NCBI GenBank assembly: GCA_000092065.1
Contig: CP000584.1
DNA from: Ostreococcus lucimarinus
Lineage: Eukaryota
Length of the DNA: 64,000 bases
Reading direction: 5' to 3' (one strand)
In this document: positions 46,135 through 56,199 of the stretch, one piece after another
Layout of the letters: each line of letters starts with the position of its first letter
Numbering within the stretch: the first letter of the stretch is position 1
Notes under the pieces: generated by a model
What the model was told of the DNA's origin: nothing
Databases searched by the model: none
What the model saw: the letters and a program-made list of their open reading frames with translations, nothing else
Position numbers and translations under genes: made by a program

Positions 46135-46821
46135 TCATCGCTTCATGCGCTTTGCTCGCGAATCGGCGAGGCGTTGCTTCTTGAGATCATCGTAAATGTT
46201 TCTATACTTGTCGTAATCGATCCCGACGTCTTTCTCAGTCTCGGCGCCGATATCCCCCCACAGCTTTTGTTTCTTTTCCCCCGTGCCTTCGAGAACCGTC
46301 TCAAACAAGTTGTTGAATTTTCGTCGACGATCGAGCCAAGCCTCCATCCCTTTCAAAAACGCGTCCTCAATCTTCACGCGCTCACTCTCCGTGATCACCT
46401 CTCCGTTCGCCTTCGCTCGCCGCAACGGTTCGATCTTCTTCTCCAGCGTCTCGTTTTCGTCTTCGACGTCGCGTCTCGCCGCCGCCATCGCCTCCACGCT
46501 CTGCACGTTCCGCAGCGCTCGCAACTGCGATCGCAACCGCCCGACCTCCGCGCTCGCGCGCGCGTTTTCCTCGCTCACCGCCACCGCCTCCGCGCCCATC
46601 GCTCGCAGCGCCTCCGCGTCCGCGACCTCGTCGTCCTGCGTCGCGTAGTACACCTTTTGCTTGCCCGCATCCTTCACTCGAATCGCCCCGTTATCCACCA
46701 GCGCGTCCAAATACTTTTGCGCCAGCCCCTTCTTCACCCCGCTCGCGCCGAGCGCGTCCCCGACGTTCGTCGCGTTCAGCGGCCGATTCATCCGCGCCAC
46801 GTACGCGCGCACCGTCTCCAT
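46135..46821 (-). CDS. HOP2: homologous-pairing protein 2 (HOP2/TBPIP), meiotic recombination
   Basis: ATG at 46821. The winged helix is METVRAYVARMNRPLNATNVGDALGASGVKKGLAQKYLDALVDNGAIRVKDAGKQKVYYATQDD (compare TBPIP ...QNRPYSSQDVFGNL...KTLEQLAQQGKIKEKMYGKQKIYFADQDQ). Coiled coils and a basic C-terminus follow. Confidence 0.75.
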   Translation of the reverse strand: METVRAYVARMNRPLNATNVGDALGASGVKKGLAQKYLDALVDNGAIRVKDAGKQKVYYATQDDEVADAEALRAMGAEAVAVSEENARASAEVGRLRSQLRALRNVQSVEAMAAARRDVEDENETLEKKIEPLRRAKANGEVITESERVKIEDAFLKGMEAWLDRRRKFNNLFETVLEGTGEKKQKLWGDIGAETEKDVGIDYDKYRNIYDDLKKQRLADSRAKRMKR

Positions 46822-47299
46822 CTCGCGCGTCGATCCCTCGCCCGTTCAAATCGCGCGTCTTCGCGTTTCGTCGCGTCGTCGCGTCGTCTCCTTCGCGTCC
46901 GCGCGTCGCGCCACCGCGCGAACCGTCGACCTCGATCGTCCCACCGCCGTCGAGCGCTCGATCGTCGCGCGCGCGCGCGTGTGCGCGCCGTCGTCGCGCG
47001 CGCGCGGGGTGCCGTCATCGCGATGGCGTTCGAATGATCCGTGTTTTGGACGCGCGCGCCGATCCGCGCGCGCCGTTGGTCGATCCGCGCGCGACACACC
47101 GCGCGCGGCGCACGATCGGCGAGCGCGCGCCCGCGCGAGCGCGCCCGCGAACGACGCGAACGAATTTCCGCGCATCGGAACGCGCGGCGAACGCGCGCGA
47201 ACGACGCGCGCGGAAGACGGGAGCGACGCGCGGAGACGCGAGACGGGACGCGAGCGACGCGCGCGCGGAAACGACGAGAATCGCGCGACGACGGCGACG

Positions 47300-50110
47300 A
47301 TGGCGACGGTGAATCAGGTCGTCGAGCGCGGGTGCTCGATGCTCGTGCATTTCGATCGCGCGACGAGCGCGGTGGAGCTGAAGGAGGCGCTCGAGACGGG
47401 GAACGCGGAAGAGAAGGCGGACGCGATGAAGAAGGTGATCTCGCTGCTGCTGAGCGGGGAGGCGATACCGCAGGTGTTCATCACGATCGTGCGGTACGTG
47501 CTGCCGAGCGACGATCACACGGTGCAAAAGCTTTTGTTGCTGTACATGGAGATGATTGAGAAATGCGGGGCGGATGGGAAGATTTTACCGGAGATGATTT
47601 TGTTGTGTCAAAACTTGCGAAACAATTTGCAACACCCGAATGAGTTTTTGAGAGGGTGCACGCTGCGGTTCTTGTGCCGAATCACGGAGCCGGACCTGTT
47701 GGAGCCGCTGATACCTTCGATCGTGCAAAATTTGGAGCACAGGCACTCGTACGTGCGGAGAAACGCGGTGATGGCGATCAATAAGATTTACGACTTGCCC
47801 GACGGCGAGCACTTGATTCCCGACGCGCCGGAAATCATCGAGTCATTTTTGATGAGCGGGGAAAACGATTTGGGGACGCGTAGGAACGCGTTCTTGATGT
47901 TGTACACGCACGCCCAAGAGCGCGCGGTGAACTATTTGATGAACAATCTGGAATCCGTGTCAAACTGGGGGGACATTTTGCAAACCGTCGTGCTCGACCT
48001 GATTCGCAAGGTTTGCCGCTCGGATCCGACGCAAAAGGGCAAGTACATCAAGGTCATCTTGATGCTGCTCGGTACGAACAACGCATCGGTGGTGTATGAG
48101 TGTGCGAACACCCTCGTGGCGCTTTCGAACGCGCCGACCGCGATCAAGGCGGCGGCCAACTGCTACTGCCAACTCCTCGTGAACCAAAGCGACAACAACG
48201 TCAAGCTCATCGTGCTCGATCGCTTGACTGACTTGAAGAAGGACAACAAAGAATTGTTGCAAGCGATGATCATGGATATCTTACGCGCGATCTCCTCGCC
48301 GAACATCGACATCAAGCGCAAGACGCTCGATTTAGTGCTCGACTTGATCACGCCTCGCAACATCGACGACGTCACGAGCATGTTAAAGACGGAGGTGATC
48401 AAGTCTCAATCTGAGAACACCAGTGAGACTGGAGAGTACCGACAGTTGCTCGTCCAAGCGATTCACAAATGTGCGTTGAAGTTCCCCGAAGTCGCGGGGT
48501 CGGTAATTTACTTGCTCATGGATTTCCTGAGCGACGCGAACAGCGGGAGCTCGGCGGACGTCGCATACTTTGTTCGTGAGATCGCCTTCACGAACAAGTC
48601 GCTGCGTCCGGGGATTATCGAGCACCTGTTAGATTTGTTCTCCACCATTCGTAGCAGCCGAGTGTGCGCGACAGCGCTGTGGATCATCGGTGAGTTTAGC
48701 ACGACGCAGGCGGAGCAAGAGGCGGCGCTCGAAGTCATTCGTATGAGCCTCGGTCCGGCACCGCTCGTCGATGGCCCGGACGGTGAAGAAGAGGACGAAG
48801 ACACCACGGAAACGACGACGCGCCCGGCCGTGTTGGCGGATGGAACGTATGCGACGCAAGCGGCGTACTCGACTTCGGCGGCGATTTCTCAAGTGCCGAA
48901 CTTGCGCGAAATGTTGCTGAAGGGTGACTCCTTCCTTTCGGCGGTGATTGCGAGCACGTTGACCAAGCTTGCGCTCAGAGTGATAGGATCTGGTTCGGTT
49001 CCTCAAGCGCAAAAGAACGCGACACAAGCCGAGTGCATGTTATACATTGTGAGCATGTTGCGCTTGGGAACGAGTGGCAAAGTGCCGATCGAAATGGATA
49101 GAGACTCTAAGGCTCGGTTGGAGTTATGCTTCCACGTCATCGGTCATCCGGAAGAGGCGGATACCGACGTCTGGTTGAAATCGTGCGGAGAATCTTTCGC
49201 TTTGATGATTGAAGAAAAGCTTAGACGCGAATCTCAGGCGAGCGCGAACTCCGACGCCGCACCAGTCGCGCAGGCTGACGATTTGATTGATTTCCATCAT
49301 CTCAAGTCGCGCAAGGGTATGACGCAACTTGAGATTGAAGATGCCGTCGCGACCGATCTCGCCCGAGCCACTGGTTTCATGGACTCGGTCAAGAAGAACG
49401 GACGTAGCCTCGACCGCGTGATGCAACTCACCGGTTTGAGCGACACAGTCTACGCGGAGACGTACGTCACCGTGCACCAGTACGACATCACGCTTGACGT
49501 GACGATGATCAATAGAACGGACGAGCCGCTGCAAAACGTCATGTTGGAACTTTCCACCATGGGTGATTTGAAGCTTGTTGAGCGTCCTCAACCATTTTCG
49601 TTACCACCGTTCGGTTCTCACAACCTGAGAGCGAGCATCAAGGTGAGCTCGACCGAAACGGGAGTCATCTTCGGCAACATCGTGTACGAGACCGCTCGCT
49701 CCGATCGTAATGTCATCGTGTTGAACGACGTGCACATTGATATCATGGATTACATCATCCCCGCGACGTGCAGCGACACGGTGTTTAGAAGCATGTGGGC
49801 TGAATTCGAGTGGGAGAACAAGGTTGCCGTGAGCACAAACATCACCGACGTTCGCAAGTATTTGGATCATATCGTGACTAGCACGAATATGAAGTGCCTC
49901 ACTCCGCCGAGCGCGCTCGATGGCGAATGCGGGTTTCTGGCCGCCAACTTGTACGCCAAGTCCGTGTTCGGCGAAGACGCGCTGGTAAACGTTTCGATCG
50001 AGAGCAACGACGGTGAGATCAGTGGCTTCATCCGAATCCGCTCGAAGACGCAAGGCATCGCGCTTTCGCTCGGCGATAAGATCACGCTGAAGCAATCGAT
50101 CGAAATCTAG
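47300..50110 (+). CDS. COPB1: coatomer (COPI) subunit beta
   Basis: ATG at 47300. The protein is colinear with human COPB1 over about 935 aa, for example [53 protein letters not shown] against [53 protein letters not shown], and a C-terminal FEWENKV...KCLTP block. Confidence 0.9.
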   Translation: [936 protein letters not shown]

Positions 50111-50168
50111 ACGTGTTTAATCAAATAGCAGCATATGACGTTACAAACCGATCATCGACGCGCCGTAA

Positions 50169-50921
50169 TTAATTACGCGCCGTGATTTTGATATTCTTCG
50201 CGTCGATGTCGGGAATGCCCGCGTTCCGAGCCTCGTACTCCGGAAACACCTTCAAGCACGTCGTCTTGCAATTCGGTGCGAATCGCACGTATCCGCAAAC
50301 TCGATCCGCGCAAAATTGCACGAAGCCCCAAAGTCGATTAAACGCCGCGTCTCGCGCCTTCAGCATCTTTGCGTACTTCTTCGGGTTCGCTCGCAACGCG
50401 TCCCTCTCGGGCGCCTCCTCGAACGTCTCGGGCGCACCGTCCAGAACGCGCACCGTCAACTTTGCCCCCGCGCCGTACACGTTCGACGCCTCCAAATCAT
50501 CCCTCGCTCGCTCCACGATCGCCCGTTCGTCCGCGTTCGCGACGTAAATCACCGGCGCGAACCGCGCGCCCACCTCTGAAAATTGCCCATCCGACCGCGT
50601 CGGCTCGCTCCGTCGCCAGTACGTCCGCATCAGCTCCTCGAACGAGATCCGCGACTCGTCGTACGTCACCCTGACCCCTCGCGCGCCGTCGAGCGCGCCC
50701 GGCGCGACGTCTCGCACGCCGGCGTACTTCAAGTCCAAGTACTGCCGCTCCAAAAACGCCTCGTCTCCCGCGCCGACGAACATCGTCGCCGCGTCCGCGG
50801 GCGCGCGCGACGCGATCGCGACCGCGGCGACGAACGCGACGACCGGTTTCGCGGGCGCGCGCGCCGCGCGCGGCGTCGACGCGCGCGTCGGCGTCGTTCG
50901 CATCGGCACCGGCGTCGACAT
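50169..50921 (-). CDS. peptide methionine sulfoxide reductase A (MsrA)-fold protein lacking the catalytic GCFWG cysteine; N-terminal signal or anchor
   Basis: ARGVRVTYDESRISFEELMRTYWRRSEPTRSDGQFSEVGARFAPVIY aligns with MsrA [29 protein letters not shown]...GNDHGTQYRSAIY. The active-site box reads FVGAGDEAF instead of GCFWG. The C-terminus is Cys-rich (FCADRVCGYVRFAPNCKTTC). ATG at 50921; the ORF-track start at 50951 is GTG. Confidence 0.55.
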   Translation of the reverse strand: MSTPVPMRTTPTRASTPRAARAPAKPVVAFVAAVAIASRAPADAATMFVGAGDEAFLERQYLDLKYAGVRDVAPGALDGARGVRVTYDESRISFEELMRTYWRRSEPTRSDGQFSEVGARFAPVIYVANADERAIVERARDDLEASNVYGAGAKLTVRVLDGAPETFEEAPERDALRANPKKYAKMLKARDAAFNRLWGFVQFCADRVCGYVRFAPNCKTTCLKVFPEYEARNAGIPDIDAKNIKITARN

Positions 50922-50984
50922 CGCGCGCGACCGAGTGACGCCGCGACACACCGCGACGCGACGCGACGCGACGCGACGCGGACG

Positions 50985-52512
50985 ATGTCGGCGATGACGC
51001 GCGCGCCGGTGATGGCGCGCCGCGCGCGCGCGCGGATCGCGCGCGCGCGCGACGCGGCGAAGGTTTCGACGCGGCGGCGGCGGGCAACGACCGCGACGCG
51101 ATGGGGGCGCGCGCGCGCGTCGATGGACGACGACGACGCGCGGAGCGAGCGGCGATACGTGCGAGAGGGCGATCGTAACGTCGACGTGCGACGGGAGCGG
51201 GTGCGTGGGCGCGAGGCGCGGGCTGGACGCGGACGCGCGAACGCGGCGGCGACGCGCGAGCGCGACGACTGACGACGACGAACGCGGCGGGTGATGATAG
51301 GGGAACTGTTACGGGTGCGGCGTCGCGCTGCAGACGAAGGATGAATCGATCGCGGGGTACGTCGATGCGGCGGAGTACGCGACGAAGGCGGTGCACAGAC
51401 ATTACGACATGATGCTCTGCGCGCGGTGCGCGGCGCTGAGCAACGGGAAATTCGTAAACGCGGTCGAGGGGCAGGGCGGGTTGAAAGCGGCGCCCGGATT
51501 GATCACGCCGAAGCAGCTCAGAGATCAACTGAAACCGATCCGGGAGAAAAAGGCGCTGGTGGTGAAGGTGGTGGATGTGACAGATTTTCATGGGAGCTTT
51601 CTGAAAAAGGTGAGAGACGTCGTCGGCGGGAATCCGATTCTCCTCGTAGTGACAAAGGTTGATTTGTTAGATTCGAAAACGGACCTCGATGCACTCGTGG
51701 AGTGGGTCGGGCGCGAAGCCGAGACGCGACGGCTTTCACTGGCGGGAATCGCGCTCGTGAGTTCTAGGAAAGGATCTGGGATGCGCGACGCCGTACTACA
51801 GATGATGCGCGAGCGAAACGGTCGCGATGTCTACGTCCTCGGCGCCGCGAATGTTGGCAAAAGCTCATTCATTCGGGCCGCGATGGATGAGCTGCGATCG
51901 GCTGGTAATTATTTCGCACCTTCTAAGCGACTTCCCGTGGCGAGTGCGATGCCAGGAACGACGCTCGGAGTGATACCGTTGAAGGCGTTTGAGGGTAAAG
52001 GCATATTGTTCGACACACCTGGTTTGTTCTTACATCACAGACTGAACTCTTTGCTCGGGCCTGATGATCTTTCGACGATGAAACTCGGCGCGTCATTGAA
52101 AAAGTTCGTGCCAAAGACGCCTGAATGCGCCGAGCCGCCTGGGTTTGATTCTTTTCAAGGGTACTCGTTGTGTTGGGGTTCGTTCGTGCGCGTGGACGTC
52201 GTGCGGTGTCCACCGAACGTAGCTTTTTCGTTCTACGGACCCAAATCGCAGCGTGTGGATATCATCAAGACCTCGGACGTTCCACCGACGACGCCTGGAC
52301 AAGAAGAAGCGGCATTGCGCGTGGTGAATGAGATCGACTTTGTACCGCCGACGAACGTAGTCGGCCCTTTGGTCGATCTTTCGGTGTCTGGTCTAGGGGG
52401 CTGGATTCGCGTCGAAAAAACGGATAGTAGAGGCGATGGTGCCATTCTGGCTCGTGTGTATGGTGTTCGTGGCTTAGAGGTTTTCGCTCGCGACGTCATG
52501 CCGACGCCTTGA
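50985..52512 (+). CDS. NOA1: NOA1/YqeH-type circularly permuted GTPase (organellar ribosome-assembly GTPase); main exon 51301..52512, probable upstream exon 50985..51200
   Basis: The main exon holds a YqeH N-terminal zinc knuckle GNCYGCGVALQ...CARCAALSNGKF, a GTPase with NKVDLL-type (VTKVDLL), GAANVGKSSFI and DTPGL motifs, and a C-terminal domain. The ORF-track 'M' at 51391 is GTG. Three in-frame stops (TGA TGA TAG at 51292-51300) precede the domain. Upstream, ATG at 50985 gives an Arg-rich 72-aa presequence, then a GTGCGT donor at 51201, ACTGAC 28 nt before the ATAG acceptor at 51297-51300, in phase. Confidence 0.8 for the main exon and 0.5 for exon 1. Confidence 0.7.
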
Positions 52513-52598
52513 TTTGTAAATTGTTAATTTTTGTTTGTATCTCCCACGACGTGCACTTTACGAGTACCCTCGACCGCCTCTCTCCACAACGCTTCTCC

Positions 52599-52907
52599 AT
52601 GAATGCTGACGTCGACTCGCTTCCTGAACCGACCGAGATCCAGCGGCAAAAAGGTTGGAAACGCGATTACACGGCAGTGTGGGCCGAACATGCCGACGTC
52701 ATGAAGCAAATCGTTGCGGAAAAACGCACCAAGGCTTTGAACAACTTTCAAACGGAGCAGCACGTCGTGAGTGGCACGAAAATGACAATTTATGATTTCA
52801 CAGGCGGAGTACACGTCACGAGAGCGAAAAATATGGCTCGACGTGACGAGTTGGCGCACGAAGAAGAACGACTGAAAGAATGGAAGCGTGTGAATCAATC
52901 GCCATAG
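52599..52907 (+). CDS. hypothetical small protein (102 aa)
   Basis: ATG at 52599 (MNADVDSLPEPTEIQRQKGWKRDYTAVWAEHADVMKQIVAEKRTKALNNFQ...EEERLKEWKRVNQSP). The ORF-track start at 52509 is a TTG codon. No family recognised. Confidence 0.35.
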   Translation: MNADVDSLPEPTEIQRQKGWKRDYTAVWAEHADVMKQIVAEKRTKALNNFQTEQHVVSGTKMTIYDFTGGVHVTRAKNMARRDELAHEEERLKEWKRVNQSP

Positions 52908-52953
52908 TCGATTTGCAAGTGCTCGCTAATTTTTTCTAAACTGAACGCAATAA

Positions 52954-53760
52954 TCAATCAATCGACATTTTACGCTTCAGCAACAGCCGACCACGCCAGC
53001 CGAATAATCCCGGATCGACCCCACCGAGCGTGTATCCGTGATCCTTATACAACGCGATGACGCCCGGCTTCTTCAACGCGACGTGCAACCACATCTCCTC
53101 GCTCTTCATCGCGCGCGCGAAACTCTCCGCCCCTTTGAGCATGGCGGCGCCGAGCCCAGCTCCTCGCTTATCGACGGCAACGGTCAAATCCGACAAGTAC
53201 CCCCCATCACTCGGCGGTGCGAGCGACGAAAACTTTCTACGCGTCTCCTGCGTAAACGACACCCCGACCGTCGCGACGATTTCGCCCCTCAACGTCCCGA
53301 CCAAGTACGTCCCGTACGGAAACGCACCGATGGCGTTCGTCAAATATACCTCAAGCGTCCGTCTCTCGGTGGGAAACCCCTGCATGCCGCTCTCGAGCAA
53401 CAGTTTGGCGACCTCGCCGACGTCTTCGCCTCCAAAGGCCCGAATCTCCAGCGCGTCGCCCTCGAACGCGTCGCTTCGCTTGCCGGCGCCGATCTCCACC
53501 GTCGTTCGCCACGTGACGTCTGGAACGTCCGTTCGCCGCGGCACGGGGTCCGCGAACGGGTCCGCGCGCGCGCCCGCGCGGACGTTTGCGCGGGCGCTCG
53601 CGCGATGACGTCGCGACCGCTGAAGCGCCGCGTCGCCGCGACTGCGCGCGAGCGGCGCGCGATCGACGCTCGTGGACGCGCACGATGATGAAACCGCACG
53701 CATGATCGAGCGCGGTATCGACGACGAGGTCGACGTCGCGCGAGGCGCTGTGCGGGACAT
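52954..53760 (-). CDS. GNAT family N-acetyltransferase with a transit-peptide-like N-terminus
   Basis: GEIVATVGVSF...YLSDLTVAVDKRGAGLGAAMLKGAESFARAMKSEEMWLHV...YKDHGY carries GNAT motif A (Q/RxxGxG/A). ATG at 53760 (MSRTAPRATSTSSS). The ORF-track start at 53862 is GTG. Confidence 0.7.
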   Translation of the reverse strand: MSRTAPRATSTSSSIPRSIMRAVSSSCASTSVDRAPLARSRGDAALQRSRRHRASARANVRAGARADPFADPVPRRTDVPDVTWRTTVEIGAGKRSDAFEGDALEIRAFGGEDVGEVAKLLLESGMQGFPTERRTLEVYLTNAIGAFPYGTYLVGTLRGEIVATVGVSFTQETRRKFSSLAPPSDGGYLSDLTVAVDKRGAGLGAAMLKGAESFARAMKSEEMWLHVALKKPGVIALYKDHGYTLGGVDPGLFGWRGRLLLKRKMSID

Positions 53761-53807
53761 CGCAAGATGGATAGAGGCTTTTCGGCGCGTTTGACATTGA
53801 AAAAATT

Positions 53808-56090
53808 CTACTTGATAACGCCCTCTCGGATCGTCGGTAGCGTGCACGGACCTTCTGCGCACGCGAATGGAACGCCCTTGTACGCGGCGATGCCCTCGGG
53901 CGTGACAGAGAAGTCGATGCTGACGGTTTCAAAAATTTTCTTCCTGGGATTGAGCGTCGGGTCGGCGTCGCCGACGAAACCTTCGCAAGAGACGCGCGCG
54001 CCGTTGGCGGCGCCAGCGGGAGGCGCGACGGGTTCGGTCTTGCCCTCGGCGTTCGTACCACACAGAACCATGGCGGTAGATTCCACGCCGCGCATTTTGG
54101 AGGGTTTCATGTTGGCCACACACACGACGCGCAAACCGGTGAAATCGTCTTCAGAGATGTGCTTGACTAGTCCGCTCACGACTTGACGGGGCGCATCGCC
54201 ACCGAGATCGATCTCTTCGACGTACAACGAGTCCGCATCGGGGTGGCGCTTCACGCTTCTTACGGTGCCGACGACGAGCTCGAGACGGGAGACGTCCACG
54301 GGGGCATCGGAGGGTACTGGCTGCGCTTTGGGCACGGGGGCCGCCTTCTTCTTCACCTCAATCTTTTCGGCTTCAAATTTGGCAAACAAAACGTCACCGA
54401 TGGCGACCGTCGCCCCGATGGGAACGTTTTCACCGAACGGCTTGAGTTCCCAAATTTTCACGGCCGGAACACCGAGCTTTTCAAACACCAAGCCGCATGC
54501 CTTTGGAACGTAAGGCTGCAAAAAGTGCATCGCCACGTACACTGCCTCGAGAGTGCTCTTGATGATGACGCTCTTGCGCTCTTCCGCGCCTTCGCCCTTG
54601 ACTGCCCACGGCGCGGAGTCCGTGAGGTACTTGTTCGTACACTTGATGGCTTCAATGGCGAGTTCACACGCGCCTTGAATGTTGAATCTAGACATTGCGG
54701 CTTCAGATTTCGCTCGCAACACGCCGACGCTAAACACATTCTCCGAGGCGCAATCCGGGATGATTCCTCCGCAATTCTTCTTGCAAAGGTTCGTGACTCG
54801 GTGCACTAAGTTTCCGATGACGTCGGCTAAATCAGCATTGTGAATCGCGATCATCGCAGGTTCACTGAAAGGCACGTCCGCGCCGTAAACGCCGCAGCGC
54901 ATCAAGTAGTAGCGGAACGTATCACTCGAAAACCTCTTCAAAACGTCGTTCGGATCGACGACGTTCCCGATCGACTTGCTCATCTTTTGTCCGTCATCCG
55001 CGGTCACGAAACCGTGACCGAAAACCGTCTTCGGAAGCGGCAATCCGGCGCTCCACAGCATGCACGGCCAGATGACGCAGTGAAACCAGATGATGTCTTT
55101 ACCGATGATGTGCACGCTTGCGGGCCAAAAATCTTTGTTTTCAGTCTCCTCAGGCCACCCCGTACCGGTGAGATAGTTTGTAAGCGCGTCGAACCACACG
55201 TACATGACGTGCTTTGGGGCATCGGGCACTGGAATACCCCAATCGAACGTCGTGCGCGATACAGACAAATCTCGAAGATCGTCGTTTTGCAAGCGCGCCA
55301 AAATCTCGTTTCGTCGAGACGAGGGCTGAATAAACTCCGGATTCGACTCAATGTGCGCGATGAGCTGTTTTTGATATCGGCTTTGTTTGAAAAAGTAACT
55401 TTCTTCCTTCATCTTTTTCAAGTCTTTCCCACTGACTGGGTCTTTGTACCCGCTCGCCTGCGCTTCGCTCTCCGTCACAAAGGTTTCCTCGCGCACGTTG
55501 TACCACCCCTCGTACGTGTCCAAATAAATGTCCCCGTTATCTCTCGAGCGTCTGAACAGCTCTGCACACGCTTTCTTGTGCGCTTCGCTCGTCGTGCGAT
55601 TGTACACATCGTTCGACACGTCCAATCGTTTGTTCAAGTTTTGGAACTCGGCCACGTGCGTGTCCACGAACGCCAACGGCGCCATCCCCTTCTCCTCCGC
55701 CGCCTCCGCTATCTTCTGCCCGTGTTCGTCCGAGCCCGTTTGAAACAACACCTGCCGTCCGTACGCTCGATGGTATCTCGCCAGGACGTCGGTGGAGATG
55801 GATTCGTACGCGTGTCCCATGTGCGGCGCCCCGTTCGCGTAGTTGATCGCCGTCGTCACGCTAAATCGCTCCCCTCGCGGGTCCTTCACCCCTCGTCCCG
55901 CGTCCTCGACCGCGCGCTCTTTCGCGCGCGCGTCATCGTCCACCTCTTTCGCGCGCTCGCGCACGTCGACGGCCTCGAGCGCGATCCGCGCGTCCTCGAC
56001 CTCGTTCGCCGCCGGCGTAGGTCCGCCGCTCCTCGCGTCGCCGTCCTCGCGCGCGGCGCCGCGCTTCGCCGCCGACGGCGCGCCTCCCAT
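53808..56090 (-). CDS. MARS: methionyl-tRNA synthetase with a C-terminal EMAPII/Myf-type tRNA-binding domain
   Basis: INYANGAPHMGHAYE (HIGH), KMSKS, the CP zinc knuckle region and the anticodon-binding domain are present. The C-terminal LELVVGTVRSVKRHPDADSLYVEEIDLGGDAPRQVVSGLVKHI is a tRNA-binding OB fold. ATG at 56090; the ORF-track start near 56252 is GTG. Confidence 0.9.
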   Translation of the reverse strand: MGGAPSAAKRGAAREDGDARSGGPTPAANEVEDARIALEAVDVRERAKEVDDDARAKERAVEDAGRGVKDPRGERFSVTTAINYANGAPHMGHAYESISTDVLARYHRAYGRQVLFQTGSDEHGQKIAEAAEEKGMAPLAFVDTHVAEFQNLNKRLDVSNDVYNRTTSEAHKKACAELFRRSRDNGDIYLDTYEGWYNVREETFVTESEAQASGYKDPVSGKDLKKMKEESYFFKQSRYQKQLIAHIESNPEFIQPSSRRNEILARLQNDDLRDLSVSRTTFDWGIPVPDAPKHVMYVWFDALTNYLTGTGWPEETENKDFWPASVHIIGKDIIWFHCVIWPCMLWSAGLPLPKTVFGHGFVTADDGQKMSKSIGNVVDPNDVLKRFSSDTFRYYLMRCGVYGADVPFSEPAMIAIHNADLADVIGNLVHRVTNLCKKNCGGIIPDCASENVFSVGVLRAKSEAAMSRFNIQGACELAIEAIKCTNKYLTDSAPWAVKGEGAEERKSVIIKSTLEAVYVAMHFLQPYVPKACGLVFEKLGVPAVKIWELKPFGENVPIGATVAIGDVLFAKFEAEKIEVKKKAAPVPKAQPVPSDAPVDVSRLELVVGTVRSVKRHPDADSLYVEEIDLGGDAPRQVVSGLVKHISEDDFTGLRVVCVANMKPSKMRGVESTAMVLCGTNAEGKTEPVAPPAGAANGARVSCEGFVGDADPTLNPRKKIFETVSIDFSVTPEGIAAYKGVPFACAEGPCTLPTIREGVIK

Positions 56091-56199
56091 GACGCGCGCG
56101 TTCGCGTCGACTCGTTCGCGCGGTTCGAGCGCGCGCGCGCGACGCGAAGTGCCGCGTCGCGTCGGCGGTCGCCGCACTTCGCCGCGCGTTCGGGATTCG

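Noticed and set aside
50169-50921. MsrA-like gene as a selenoprotein (Sec-MsrA, as in some green algae)
   Set aside because: The frame is continuous through the active-site region (GAGDEAF) with no in-frame TGA, so there is no Sec codon; the catalytic residue is simply absent.
51391-51393. ORF-track 'M' starts at 51391 (NOA1), 35758 (RCA), 29846 (MTase), 50951 (MsrA-like), 53862 (GNAT), ~56252 (MetRS) and 52509 (small ORF)
   Set aside because: These codons are GTG or TTG, not ATG; a bacterial-style start table was evidently used. For a eukaryotic nuclear gene I moved starts to the next ATG or to an upstream spliced exon.
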